A stretch of DNA of 64,000 nucleotides from NCBI GenBank assembly GCA_964016885.1, contig OZ024752.1, positions 14,136,001 to 14,200,000 of the forward strand, in the 5' to 3' direction. The position numbers and the translations under genes are program-made. The DNA is from Eledone cirrhosa. Taxonomy: Eukaryota. Position 1 is the first letter of the stretch, and each line of letters opens with the position of its first letter. The notes under the pieces were generated by a model. It was not told where the DNA came from and ran no database searches. It worked only from the letters and a program-made list of their open reading frames with translations. This document shows, in pieces, positions 40,978 through 54,629 of this stretch.

Positions 40978-41755
40978 TTAATTGTAAGTTGTGATGTTGC
41001 TGTTCCATTCATATATTCTATTTAATTTTGATTGGAGTTCATTTATGTTTATTGCCTCTGTGATTTGTCTAAACATTGCGTCTTTTCTGTGTGTAGATTT
41101 TATTTTTATTTCTATGTTCTCTAATTTACCCTTGTGTTCTATTTTAGCATGTTGGTGGAGTACAGTTGATTCTTTACTATCTTGAAGCTCTCGCCAGTGT
41201 TCATTTATCCGTTCCCCTATACTACGAGCTGTTTCACCTATGTACACTATATTCTTATCTCTACATTGTCCTTCAGTACATCTTATGCTATATACTACAT
41301 TTCTAGTTTTACAGTTAATATGGGGGCTTAATTTACAGATTATACATTTCTTATCTATACAGGGAGGACTTTGAAAAGGGTATGTATTGCTAATAAGTGT
41401 TTTTATGGAGGTACCTGGTCTTTCTACTATCTTAATATTGAGTTTATGTTTATCTAGGGCCCTTCTAAATTTGTAAGCTAATTCACCTCTATGTGTTGTA
41501 TCAATGAATATTACACTCTGGTATTTATTGCTATCATACCATGAGTTTATTCTATTAACCTTATTTCTAGTTATTTCTATTCTATTCCAAAATGTGCTCC
41601 TATACAAGAGGCAGGTCCCATTTGTATCATTATTTCCCATTTTTTCCCATTTTGTTCTGGCTCCTCTATATACTCTGATTTTCTCTCTCTGATTGTAACC
41701 AGAGAACTGCATACGGTGGATGAAGTGTTGTATGTGTCTCTCTAGTTCTTTGGGG
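40978..41755 (-). pseudogene. PLE linker + GIY-YIG endonuclease (open, 5'-truncated)
   Basis: RMQFSGY...SVIFIDTT..GELA...IVERPGT...CIDKKCIIC...CKTRNVVYSIRC...YIGETARSIGERINEH...LHQHAKIEH...RQITEAINI...LN. Confidence 0.9.
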
Positions 41756-41851
41756 TTACACATGCGCAAACTAAGCACACAACACACACAAAAACAAGAT
41801 GGCGTAGGACTGAACAAAGGAGAGGCACAAAAACATAGAAAAGAATCCCCA

Positions 41852-41894
41852 GTCACTGAAGAGGTCACAGAATGTGTGACGAAAGATCTTTGAC
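41852..41894 (+). ncRNA. Type I minimal hammerhead ribozyme in inverted pLTR
   Basis: gtca-CTGAAGA(41856-62)-stem II-GAAA(41881-84)-gatc-TT-tgac; palindromic aagatctt stem III. Confidence 0.75.
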
Positions 41895-42041
41895 AATATA
41901 TGAACAATCGTCTGGTTGTGGAACCAACCAACCAACCGGATATTTATAAATTGCTAAATTTATGAATTTAATTTATAATAAATTGAAATGAAACGACTGG
42001 TGAGTGTGTTTGTTATTGGCAACATGACCTTCCCAAAGTAT

Positions 42042-42081
<40 letters not shown>

Positions 42082-42789
42082 CCAATATAAGACCCAACTA
42101 CAGCAGCCACACCAAATTAAACAAATTATACATTGTAGGGGAGACGTTTGTTCTTGCTTTTCAATTTCCCTTATCCTGGCAGCACGATAAAATGCAACCA
42201 ATCCACGCACAAACGTGGCTGATGATAAGCAAGTATCCAGATAAAGAGTCCCATGAAAAACTTATGAAGAGCACAATAAATGGAAGAATACTGCATCCTT
42301 CTCATCGAGCGTAGAAAGCTGAACGTATAGTAATGGAAATAAAATGACGGGGAGGGGGGGTTCTTATTTCATTATTAACGGTAACAAATAGGAACATGAC
42401 ATTAAAATGTGGGTTTTTAGAAGTATTTAAAAATGAGGAAGAATAAAAATTAAAAACAAATGCAGCAAGAATAAAATTTAAAATAAAGAAAGTTCGCGGA
42501 ATGCAGGAAGATCCTCAAGAGATACATTTGAAAAATCTACAAAAAAAACCTCCTGATGGTTGTTACTTCTGGCGGAAAAAACAATTATTTGGCTGTTTCA
42601 CTCCGCATCATTTCCTTCGCTTAAAAATAATGATGTTTCCGTTTTCTCTGCTACTGCTAACGTTGATGTTGTTGTTACTACGATGGTGGTGGTGGTAGTG
42701 AGTGTCTTAAGGAGTAGGGTAGAGTTGACGAATTCTCTCCTCCCACCCCAATACGCTGCCGATGTGGCAATGCCGACGCCATGATAATA

Positions 42790-43005
42790 ATTATTTCTAC
42801 TATAGGCACATGGCTAACAATTTGGAGGAAGGGAAAATCGATTAAATCGACCCCAGTGCGTTACTAGTATTTTATTTTATCGATCCCGTAAGACTGAAAG
42901 GCAAAGCTAAACTTGACGGGATTTGAAATCTGAACATAAAGGGCCGTAGCTCTATGCTGTGAAGCATGGTGTCCGACGCTCTACCGATACTCTCAATCCA
43001 CCGCC
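42790..43005 (-). mobile_element. SINE family A
   Basis: Reverse complement of the consensus. Confidence 0.85.
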
Positions 43006-46000
43006 CTGATAATAATCTTAAACAAAAACATATTTTTCCAAACAATTCTTTTGAAATATTGCTCAGAAGAACATGCCGCCAGGGCTTTCCTCTTCGGAAA
43101 ACAATGTAGTGCGCATTAGTTATAATATTTAACATTCCAGGAAAAAACGCGTTTCAATAACAGGTAAACAAATAGCGAACTTACCGAGAGTAAATAATAA
43201 AGAAAAAAACGGGGATAACATTTTTCAACGATTGTTGGTGTATATTTACACTTAAAATATAGTTGTAATCGGATTTACACAATATGTGGCCTTTGTTTTA
43301 CCTGAAGCAGTTACAGGTAGAGTTCCTCTTCAAGCAGTCGTTTGTACACTACGTCAGACAAAAACAAATGTATAGCATGAAATGAAATACCATTTATATC
43401 TCCACGAAAGAAAACTGATTGCTGATAACATACTAGACTAAGATGTATAAAAATATAGAATGCGCCGCGTAAAATGTTTTGAAATAGTTATTCTTTGTTG
43501 AGATCAATGTAACGAAAGAGCTGAAAGCTAAAGAACGAGAATGAAAAGATTTACACCTAGATGAAAGTTACTCATAATGGGTTCTGTTGATGATTTATAC
43601 TGATAACATATACAAAGAACTATCTAGGACTAAGCACTAACATGCAAGTGTAATAATTATGGTGCACTAAATTGAATTCACCGACCAGTGTATTAGGTAC
43701 TCTTCTTCAGTAACATATGTGTTTGTTTGTTTTTATCTTTTAACCAGAAGCTGATATATTTGAGTTGTTTAAAACAGAAAGTAGTAATTGTATTTCTTCT
43801 GTTTGCGGTATCACAATTCTAGCATTAGTAAATATTTACAAATACTACTTTCGGTAGTAATAGTTGTCGTGGTGTTGGTGTTAATGGTAGGCGTAACAAA
43901 AGTAGAAACAGGTTTATATTGAGGTGGCAGTTGGTGAGATGGAGTAGGAGAGAGCGAGGTCAGTTTTCCGTTTTAAATTATTGGTGTAAAAATAACCATA
44001 TTTTCTTGGACGGTTTAGATAAGTAGATCCATTCCCGATCAGGACCAGCTCTCTTGTTTTAAGTTGTCAACTTTTAATATGCTCGACAGCCGTAGACCTT
44101 CGCATTTGAGTAGTGTTAGTAAATGTGGTCTGGTTTCTGGCAGGCTTGCGAAAAGAACGTCTTCTGTCAGGAATTTTCTGCCTCAGGATATATATATGAT
44201 TTTTGTATCCCGTTATGCAGCCCAAGGCTTTTTGAAATTGTGAATCGGTGGCACACTCTACCTGGCATGCCAACTCCAATTGTAACATACTCCACCATAC
44301 AACAAACCACACTCTTTATCATGCTGGATGGGGTTGTGAGTCTAACTCTGTGTCTACGTCTCTTTACCATCAGCTTGACCAACCTTAAGCCTTCGTAACA
44401 CATTTTTCAACGTTTTTCCTGCCCCTGCGAATGAAACGGCCGTCGTGACTAGAAGTATTTGTGTTCTGGCGGTGGCCTCAGTTTTTTTAATTATTATAAT
44501 GATAAATACACATTTAACCTGGCGAGGCAGGTTATATAGAGAGGGCAACTCAATAAAATCATAAGTGGGAAGGGAAAAGGCCCTACAAACCACTCTTATG
44601 GAATCATGATGCAAAACAATAATGAAATAGTTAACAGCGTGAAAGAGACTACAACCAATCACGGTGAAGTTCCCTCACGCGGTATGTTTGGAGCCCTCAG
44701 CTACAGGGGAAGTAATGTGGCTCCAGACAGTCGTTACCAAGCAACAGATCACACAAATAATGTACGCAGAGCTAGACTCAAATAGAGGAAGGAAGAGTAC
44801 ATTAAACTGATTGATTGTCATGAAAGAGCAAAACTGAAAGGAAGAGGAGTAACGACTCACTGTGGAATGTTGAATGGAAAAGAGCATGTTTGAATCAAGT
44901 GAGGGTGGTTAGGAAGACTGGCTGGTTAATTGAGGTTGAAATATCTTTGCTTAGTGATCGCTTATAGGAATGCCCACTTGTGTCAGGAGAAGAGGAGAAC
45001 GTAATTATTCATTTTTTTAATGTTTCAACAAAACTTTCTCTCGACCCAGAGTGAGTTAGACGATGTAATTTCTAAATTAATATCGCATATTTTAAAAGGA
45101 TGCTATGAATATTAGTTTTATCTTTCTGATCATCTGTCGAAAGTTTACTGCAAGAATTGTGATAACGTAACTGGAATATTCAGATGTAAAACAATGGCAT
45201 GTCAGATAACTATTAGGAACATCACGAAATAGAATACTTATATCTCTTCATTTTTTCGCCATAGTGCTGCATACACAAACATTAACAACAAATTATATTT
45301 TTTACATTATTCCATCTCTATAAAACATAAAATATAATCACGCCAAAGGGAATCAATAAATGTTACCATTAGAATTTTATCCTTAATTTCCAGCGGCAAT
45401 TGCAGCATAGGATAAGGAATATTTCACTAATGCGTTAAATGCATGACGGAAATATTTTGAACTTTCCTTTTTTAATACAATTCTGTATTTTTGCTTAGTT
45501 TTATTGAATAATGTACAAACTATAGATTTATCAATTTTAGATTGTAGTTCTTATTCCTAGTCTGCTTTTACCAAATTAATTCCATCTTTGTAAATGTAGG
45601 ATATCTGCATTTTTTTTCTCTTGTTATTTGGTTAGAGTTTTAATTAGCCAAAGCTGTGCATTATAAGCAAACAATAACAAGTAAAATCTGCAGTATATGA
45701 TTCCCAACCATATTGAGATCGCCTGGGAATATATAATTATTTTTGTGGGGAGAAAAAGAATTACAATATCTTCCATTTATCACTTTAGATACATTAATAA
45801 ACAGATAGACAGAATGTGAGGCATATATGTCATTATATATTATTTTGGATCAGGTGATTGCAATATTTTCAATATTCTTAGATGCTTTAAAACATTATCA
45901 TTAAAATCCTATTTACCTCCATTTGCTTCAATTTTTCCTTTATACTTCTGAAACATTCAGATATTTAATATACTGAACATATTTATCTTCCATTAAATGT

Positions 46001-46679
46001 TGACATGTTCGTAATCGCCAATAAGAAAAGCCAACTTATCAAGACCGTCAGACCTGATGTCGTCTGTCAGATCGCATGTTCTACAGTCCATATGCAATTA
46101 AGGGGGTTGTTCAAGCCCGTAAAATGTCCACTTTTAATTTGATGTCATTTGGAATTCCGTCCGTTCGTGTGTTTGAGTGTGTGGTATCCATATAAGGAAG
46201 CAAACAAAGGTAACCTTTCTAGGAGAGCTCTAACTCCGAATAAAACTATTGCTACAAGAGAAGTGTCATTGAACTGTGCTGGTGAAGTAATAAATGCACC
46301 AGATTAAACTCAATAAAACGTTCAAAATATCCAGTACAATTATGTTTATATATAAGATAGGTATGTTCATGTGACAGATAATTGTATGATTAAAAGGAGT
46401 CCCCATTTGTTTTATATTTTACATCTGAGGTACACCGTCAGAGCACAACTTTAGACTAGAATAATAATTGTTTAAATCAGTTTCATTATTTAGTTGGTAT
46501 TTTTGTGTGGGGTAGGTATTCCTTTGATGTCATGTGTGCAGGAGTATATCTAACATTAAATACTTAACACATTCCTCCATTCTCTATCCTTCTATATAAC
46601 AAAATCTATTGTATTCAAACCTGTAGAGAAGGTGGACTCCGTCAGGTTCTAAAATGCCCTAGAAGCACCGTCAATACGG

Positions 46680-46860
46680 CGCCCTCATGCCGTCCACAGG
46701 AGTTACCTTACGCCCTCATGCCGTCCACAGGAGTTACCTTACGCCCTCATGCCGTCCACAGGAGTTACCCTACGCCCTCATGCCGTCCTCAGGAGTTACC
46801 ATACGCCCTCATGCCGTCCACAGGAGTTGCCCTACGCCCTCATGCCGTCCTCAGGAGTTA
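46680..46860 (+). repeat. 31-bp minisatellite (cgccctcatgccgtccacaggagttacctta) x6
   Basis: Directly visible. Confidence 0.95.
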
Positions 46861-47260
46861 GCCGACTGAAGAAGACAGAAGCTGGATATAGAACATTATT
46901 TTGGGGATAATGTGAAAGTGTAGTTCTGGAGTGTATAGACAGCAGGATCGAATGGTTAAGGATTTCGATTCGCAATCATGAGGTCCTTCAGGTTCAGGCT
47001 AACGATACCATACCTGCGAGATTTCAGGTTTATGTAAATTAGAAATTGAAATAAAATGTTTACCCTCTAAACATTCAGAGCTCAGATTTATATATCTATC
47101 AGCTGACATCTGATATTCTTTCGTGGATGACGATGAGATGAAAGTGAAGCTATGATTTTAGAAATGGAGGCGAAATATATTAAATGGCTATGGGAATATT
47201 GTGTGGATAGCATCATATCACAAACATACATTCAGACACACACAGACACATACATACATA

Positions 47261-50200
47261 GTCAGTCAACGCGAATAGTCGCATATTTTGGTGTGTGAGA
47301 CTATTTATTAAATTTAAGATGAATACTATCTCCGACAGTAATGCCACAACTACCAGTCATGTTGTATAACCGGATATTCTTCTAACTATATCTACGGAAG
47401 ACACCTTTTATTCGAATTCGTAGAGATATCCGACTAAATACATAATTCATTTTACAAGGATTTGCTACAAACAGCATGGTTGAATACAACATCAACAACA
47501 GCATCATTAAGGAAGTACTGAAGAAAAACAACGAGAAAGGTAAACAACATTTATTCAGTTGTAGCTACTGAAGAAACCGAAATTATAAATCGCGTTTCTC
47601 TTGGACTTGCGAACTTAATAATGATTTATTTAATTGTTATAAAATGGCAAAAAACAATCCCTCCATTGGCTATATGAACAGAATGCAGCTACTCTGGGAA
47701 TAAATCACTTCACAGCGAAACAATTACCAGCAAGCGACGCTTGTTGAACGTAAAAATAAGTAAATAGTATTAATTGTAAGTCCCCCACAACAAACATGGG
47801 ATCAACAACACGTGCTACAGGTCGCCATATCACTAGACTTCCTAGCACCCAGGTCGAACAGCGCCTTGAAACAACTATGCCTGTAAGAAACTTGACACCA
47901 CCTGTACCATCTAAGTCTACCTCGAATGCTGGGGAAAACACTATCGATAATAATAATAATCGAAGAAATTTGACACCACGTGTACCATCCGAGTCTACCT
48001 CGACAATTGTGGAAAATACTATCGATAATGATAATAATCAAAAGTATAAATAATGAAACATTTCTCTCAATGAAATCTTCCAGAGAGAAATTAATTCATG
48101 TATAACTATCTCTCTTGCTGAACGTATTAAAATAACAATATTTAATAAAAAACCAAATAATGAACTATTACGTGTTATTGACGAAATAGGCAAATAAACG
48201 CCTTAGCAACGACATTGAAGCATTATCTTGGTGATAGCAGAGATATTAACAAAAACAGAACACCACCAAAAATACCATCATATATAACTAAAATAGACAA
48301 AAAGATTGCTGACCTACAAAAAAACATGTGACATTGCTCCTTACATGCAAACAAGCACAAACAAACCTCACTCCTCACCAACAAAATGTGAAAAATAAAA
48401 TAGAGACGATGTTTGGTGACAGTAGAACCAGAACTCTTCAATATAAGCTGATCACCCTCAAACAAGAATTGAGAGCTGTTAGCGAAACACGCCGATACCC
48501 GAAGAAGGTAGATGAAAGAAAAGAGCTTAATAAAATGTTCAGACGAAACCAAATATCACTCTATAGAGATGAAGGGCAAAATAATAAGTGTCACTGGGGC
48601 CCCATCCCAGAAAGACCCTACCATTGAGACTGCAATAGGAAAACTCCAAGATGAGAAAACACCAGGAAGAGACATGATTGTCGGCTACTGGTACAAAAAA
48701 CTTACATTCTATCGGGGGTATCTTACTGATCTCTACCAACAAGTTCTTAAGGGAGATACACTTATACCAGAATGGTTGACATTAGCATAAACATTACTGG
48801 TCCCCAAGAACAAAGACACCCACTTGGCAAAAATCTACCGACCTATTGCATGCCAGCACCTGATGTATAAGATGTATACAGCCTGCCTGAACCTATTCCT
48901 CCAAGAACACTGTGAAAATAATCATCACAGATGAAAAAGCAGCTGGAAAGAAAGGGGTTTTGGGATGTGCTGAACAACTCCTAATCAACAAAACTGCGAT
49001 GTCGGAGATGCGACAACTTAAGAGGAATATGGCTACAGTCTGGCTGAACTACAGGAAAGCTTTCGATTCTGTTCCCCACTCTTGGATGATAGAGGCCCCC
49101 CAACTTGCCATAGAGAAGCTGTCTTCTTCTTGGGCTACTATCTTAAGGTTAAAGACAGAGCGGGAGGACTCTATTTTCACTGATAAAATAAAATATCGCA
49201 GGGGTATATTTCAGAGAGACAGTCTCTCTGTGATATTATTCATCCTGTCATTAAACTCCTTGTCCTTTCTGCTCAAGAAATGTGAAGAATACATCATTGG
49301 CTCACAGGAGGACATAAATACGAACCTAACCCATAATGTCTTTGTGGATGATCTGAAATTCTATGCCAAGATCATGGATGGGATGAAGAAAAATCTTGAC
49401 CTGGTTACAACGTTCTCAAAGGATAAAGGAATGGAGTTTGGCCAAGATAAATACTCATATATGACTGTAAAGCGGGGAAAAAAAACAACCCAATCTAGCA
49501 ACATTGTCATCAATGGCCTAACTGTTTCACCGATATCTGATGAGGACTGCTACAGATACCTGGGGATAGATTAGAACATATCCTATAATGGTATCTGTAA
49601 TAAGGAACGCGTAACCAGGGAATCCTACACCTGATTAAGAAAGATTTCGTCATCGGAACTCTCTGCGCAAAACAAAACAGTGGCTCACAATGTGTTTGCC
49701 GTGCCTGTCTTAACACCAACGTTTGGAATACTCAATTGGACGATAGATGAAATCCGAGCAGTTGATGTTAGAACTCGAAAAATACTAAACAACACCGGAA
49801 ACTTCCACACCAACAGTGACATAAACCGCCTTTACTTGAAACGTAAGAAGGGAGGCAGAGGCCTAACATCAGTCCAGACAGCATTTGAATGTCGCATCAT
49901 ATCTCTCCGACAACATCTACGAACCTCGAAGCGTAAAAACCCGTCTCTCGAGCAAGTCCATCTGCCTGAAACAGATAAAATCATTAGAGTTGGGAAGGAA
50001 CCTCTCGAGAGATATTCCCTGTGTGATAATCAAAAAGTCACACCCAGGGAAGTCACTCAGCAGTATCGCAGTGAATCCATGGCTGAAAAACTACATGCTT
50101 ATCAGCAAAATATCATGCATGGATATGTTGCCAGGAAGCTCCAGAGTCAGAGAAATATAGATAAGGAAAGTATCTATCTTGGACCAACAACCGCTATATT

Positions 50201-50950
50201 GCCTCCCATTTTGAAGGATACGCTTTTGCAATCCAAGAAGACGAAATTAACACGAAATACCTCATTCACAAAAGAGAAAGGGATGTAGGCAAAACACCTA
50301 GATGTGATAACAAGTGCAGACTCTGCAGACATCCATATACATAATATGAAAGAGAACTGGTGGAATGTTCCAGTAAAAACCCCAATAAAATGCAGGCATA
50401 ACAGACCAGATATTATGATATGGGACATGGAAAAGAAAGCATGCACAGTAGTGGAAGTTAGCTGCCCAGCAGATGCCAATATAATATCAAAAATTAGCGA
50501 AAAGGTAATATTTATGCAGAACTGATGAGAAATCTGGAGATACCCCACCTTGATTACACCTTCAGATTTATGCCCGTGATTATTGGGGCACTGGGGTATG
50601 TCGTAACGCCTCAATACAAATCTTGAGAAGCTAGGCTTCACAGGAACAGAAAGAACACTAGTTAAGAAAATTACAAGTACAATCCATTAATGGAACAGTA
50701 AAAATATGTAAAACATTCCAAAAATGTTGCATCTAATAACTGCATATACACATGTACAGATACAAAGCATATACACATGCACACATACAACTCAAAACGT
50801 ACACATCCACACATATCTACACGTCCGTGCATACATAATCTACCTAGTTGATGTTGTGTAAATTCCAATGAGACAGCCTTGTCTATGTAAGAAACCGACT
50901 CTCTCTCTATTGGTAAAAAATTGTGAAATTATAAAACCAGAAGAACATAG
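47261..50950 (+). mobile_element. R4/Dong-like RLE non-LTR retrotransposon, decayed and internally deleted
   Basis: RT motifs KTPGRD..GYWYKKL, YRPIAC, GCAEQLLINK, YRKAFDSVPHSW, GIFQRDSLS, FVDDLK, YRYLGI, RLYLKRKKGGRGL; RLE HNRPDI...VVEVSCP, PVIIGALG; (ACAT)n on both flanks. The 5' boundary is inferred. Confidence 0.85.
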
Positions 50951-51607
50951 ATACATACATACATACATATATATTATAATGGCTGCCCCTTCGTTATCGA
51001 GTATGGCCATTGCATGATATACCATTATTAATAATTATTAATTAATTCTATCGTGCAATGCCTGTGTGTGAAGTTATTTTTTAAAGTGAGAAAAAACTGT
51101 GCATTGAGCCAAACCCACTCTCTGAGCGACAGTAGCTATAACCCGAAAAGAAGAAAAGATCAACATCATCGGTAACTACTGAGCCGCAGGTTTTATATCG
51201 GAGTTATCCCAGTTACACGAGTTGCCTTCTCCTAGAAGAAAGGCCTGACAAAGGCTAGGAGTCCATCACTGCCACTGGTTTAACTGCGCGATCGGGTGCC
51301 CATCCCGACTATTTCTATGTCCATGCGCATATACATACATATGTACATGTGTATATACATATTTACACACTTTTCCATGTCCATTGACTCTATGAGTTCT
51401 TCCACCCTTTGTCAGGTTTTGTTTTTTGTCTTGCAGGGTGTCCAAAATCAACCTCCTCACCAAGTAAACTTGGTGGGGTTCCCGGTTTAGTCGCCGACGA
51501 CCCGACCATGCTACAGATTGTACTGGTTTACATGTTACAAGTAGCATTCATGAGTGACCCGACACACACACGTACATACATATATACATACATACATATG
51601 TGTGTGT

Positions 51608-51879
51608 GAAGGCGCATGGCTTAGTGGTTAGAGCGCCGCGCTTACAATCCTGAGGTCTTTCAGTTGTGTCCTTGAGCAAATCACTTTATTTCACGTTGCT
51701 CCAGTTCACTCAGCTGTAGAAATGAGTTTACCCAGCTATGGGTTAAATAGCCTAGCCAACCATCAATTGGCCAAGCGTGGTGAGTATGACTACACCCCTG
51801 ATATGACCTAAACCAAAACAGAAAGTAGTGGAGGTCAATCAGGGAGGGGTTCCTCTCGTAGGAGTGAACAAGACCCTGG

Positions 51880-51882
<3 letters not shown>
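51608..51882 (+). mobile_element. SINE family B head with a different tail
   Basis: gaaggcgcatggcttagtggttagag...gtgtccttgagcaa; 3' part unlike the 12148 copy. Confidence 0.7.
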
Positions 51883-51910
<28 letters not shown>

Positions 51911-51915
<5 letters not shown>

Positions 51916-52035
51916 GTATCCCGGGTTCAATCGGGGGTAACCACAGTTAGTCAGGTACTCAATATAAAGCAGAGTAAAAATATTTAATATAGAAAAGGCT
52001 TCTACAGGACTAGAACTGTTTCATTCGGGAGAAAT
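51911..52035 (-). mobile_element. Partial copy of the 3424-3660 family (HHR 3' half + tail)
   Basis: Reverse complement of ~3538-3660. Confidence 0.8.
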
Positions 52036-52194
52036 AATCCTCTAATATAAGGTCGTTGAAAAACATTAATTAATTAATCGGACATTGAACATTTTACCTT
52101 TCGCCCTTCATTCAACAGAACAGGTTTTACTCAATTACACAAAATATATTTTATAAACACCAAAAAATGAGTAAGATAAAACCAGTCTCATAAT

Positions 52195-52590
52195 TTACTC
52201 GGACAAGGCTACGATCGCCAATACAAGCGCCCTCCGAACGCTCCTTGGTGTAACTTTATTCGATAGAGCTCAGAATGAGATCAGAATGTCATTCCAGGTA
52301 GAGCTGCTGCTACTTCGAATTGAGAGTTCACAGCTCCGATACAATGTGTGTGTGGTTAGAATATGTCAGGAAAGAATCGCTGGACAGATTTTACGGTTAA
52401 ATTCAACTGAGAGGAGACCCAGGGGAAGAATCCGAGCTGGATGTTTGGATAACATCCATGACCCTGGCTGTTCCTAATTGGGGATCCTGTGGGATCACTT
52501 GGAGATGGTTGCTTCTGGCAGGACCCGCTGGAAGGAGTGTTTTATGACTCTACCCCCACGGCCCTCTCAAGAATAAGTGAGCGAAGAAGA
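52195..52590 (+). pseudogene. RTE-like LINE 3' fragment
   Basis: VELLLLRIESSQLRY..VVR..QERI..QI.....RRPRGR.R...LD.I; same family as 35095. Confidence 0.7.
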
Positions 52591-53418
52591 AATTGTGCTA
52601 TTAGTTTCCTGTATGTAATTTTCGAGTTCTATTGTTATTTTATGTTACAGATGCTAAATACAAAAATAGGAATTGTAGAGTAAATAAACAAACATCAAGA
52701 ATTATTTATATATCTTTTTCTAGAAGATGTAATGATAAATTATATCAATAATCTTTTGTTACATTATTATTTCCTATATATTGATACACTACATGAGAGT
52801 GAGTGTATATTTCGAGTAAGTGTTGATATTTTAGTCACAATAATATAATAACGTGATGTAAAATAATAAAAATACTGTGGTGTAATAAACGAGGATGATA
52901 TTTGAATTATCGTAAAAAAAAGTAGAAATACTAACTTCAAAAGCTTTCCTTTACGTCATACAAATTGGAAATTCAAAGAGACTGGTGTTAAGAAAATAGT
53001 AATGTTTTCTATTCTAAATAGCTGTAGACTTCATCTAAAAAGATAATTACAAATATGGGAACGAAGTATACAGGTGTCTTAAAATATTCAATCACGTGGC
53101 AATAAAATTTCATGAGAAAGGCATTCCTGTGAGTGAACAATGGGAATCAGCAAATCTGAGGAAAATCCATTCTATCCAAACATATGCTCATAAAAGACAA
53201 ACAGATTCAATGTAACAAAGCCATTCACAAACCATTGGTCAATTTGAGACTCTGATAAAATAAACATGTTGTTGAGCATTTATTAAAATAAACATGTTGT
53301 TGAGCATTTATTTCAAATCCCAAATGAAGTAATTTGGCTAATTAAAACATACACGGATGCCCTACACCTGATACAGACTTAGCTGTTATCTTTTGAGCAG
53401 TAAATGGGCATAATGATA

Positions 53419-53634
53419 ATGATTTCTACCTTAGGTACAAGGCCAGTAATTTGGGGGGAGGGAAAAGTCGATTAAATGGTCCCCAGTGCATTGTTAGTAC
53501 TTTATTTTATCGACCCCGTAAGGATGAAAGACAAAATTAACCTCGGCGGTATCTAAACCCAGAACGTAAAGGGCCATAACTCTATGTCACAATGCATGCT
53601 GCCTGACGCTCTACCGATATTGCCAATCCACTGC
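53419..53634 (-). mobile_element. SINE family A
   Basis: Reverse complement of the consensus. Confidence 0.8.
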
Positions 53635-53654
53635 TCTCAACATGCATAATAATA

Positions 53655-53876
53655 ATGGTTTTTTATATAGGCACAAGGCCAGCATATTTTGTGGGGAGGG
53701 AGAAGTCGATTAAATCGACCCAACTGAGTGACCCAAGTGCGGTTCTTTTATCGACCCTGTAAGGAGGAAAGGCAAAGTTAACCTCGGCGAGATTTAATCT
53801 GAGATCATAAAGGAACGTAACTCTATGCTGCAAAGCATGGCGTCTGACGCTCTACCGATACTGCCAACCCACCACC
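53655..53876 (-). mobile_element. SINE family A
   Basis: Reverse complement of the consensus. Confidence 0.8.
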
Positions 53877-54189
53877 CTCAGTGTGCATAATAAAAACAAA
53901 TTCATCGCAAATAATATTATAGATAAATATATAACAGCAGGTGGTATAGTTGTGTAGTTAATGTAATTGCTTCTCAACAACGTATTGAGTCCCACTACTT
54001 GTTGGATTGCCTTTTGAATGGCTTATTGTTGGTGGAAAATGTAGAAGCTCGTTGCGCACGCGCGCACACATACAAATAAACACACACACACACACATATA
54101 TATATACACGTATGTAAAAATATATAAATGCTATATACAAACGAATATGAATTGATTGTTCTTAAGTACCATGTCATATATATATATAT

Positions 54190-54331
54190 AATTGTTTCTA
54201 CTTTTGGCACAAGGCCAGCAATTAACCAGTGTATTACTAGTACTTTATTTTATCGACCCCGTGATGATGAAAGGCAAAGTTAACCTCGGCGGGATTTGAA
54301 CTCAGGCCGTAAAGGAACGTAACTCTATGCT
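54190..54331 (-). mobile_element. SINE family A (5'-truncated)
   Basis: Reverse complement of the consensus. Confidence 0.85.
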
Positions 54332-54547
54332 ATATATATATATAATGCTGGAAATACACTACCACGAACACATTTAAACTTTCTGAAGACGTGTGCTAAA
54401 TAATTATGTATTGCATATGATTGAACAATATATATGTTTTAGTCAGCATACGTAGACTATTGTAATACTCACAGACACATATGTTAAAGCCAATGGATTG
54501 TTTCTCTGTTTTATTGCTGAAATCTATTTTGCTTGGTGCAATTGTTG

Positions 54548-54627
<80 letters not shown>

Positions 54628-54629
54628 AG

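Larger units (their letters stand above)
40601..42050 (-). mobile_element. 5'-truncated Penelope-like element with ~280-bp inverted pLTR
   Basis: 40601-40875 inverted at 41756-42050; GIY-YIG ORF; HHR in both arms. Confidence 0.92.
31674..42810 (+). repeat. Tandem segmental duplication (copy 1 31674-36149; copy 2 36159-42810)
   Basis: 31674-34148 ~ 36159-38636; 35211-35518 ~ 38640-38947; 35524-36149 ~ 42189-42810; matching ORF-track pairs 32196/36656 and 35846/42501. Confidence 0.9.

Noticed and set aside
40978-41755. Selenocysteine-recoding PLE
   Set aside because: No in-frame TGA in the retained fragment, and no SECIS that I can support.
44123-44398. ORF starting MWSGFWQAC...C, reminiscent of the claudin/PMP22 GLWxxC motif
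   Set aside because: In-frame stops immediately upstream, no convincing splice sites, and similarity too weak to support by eye.
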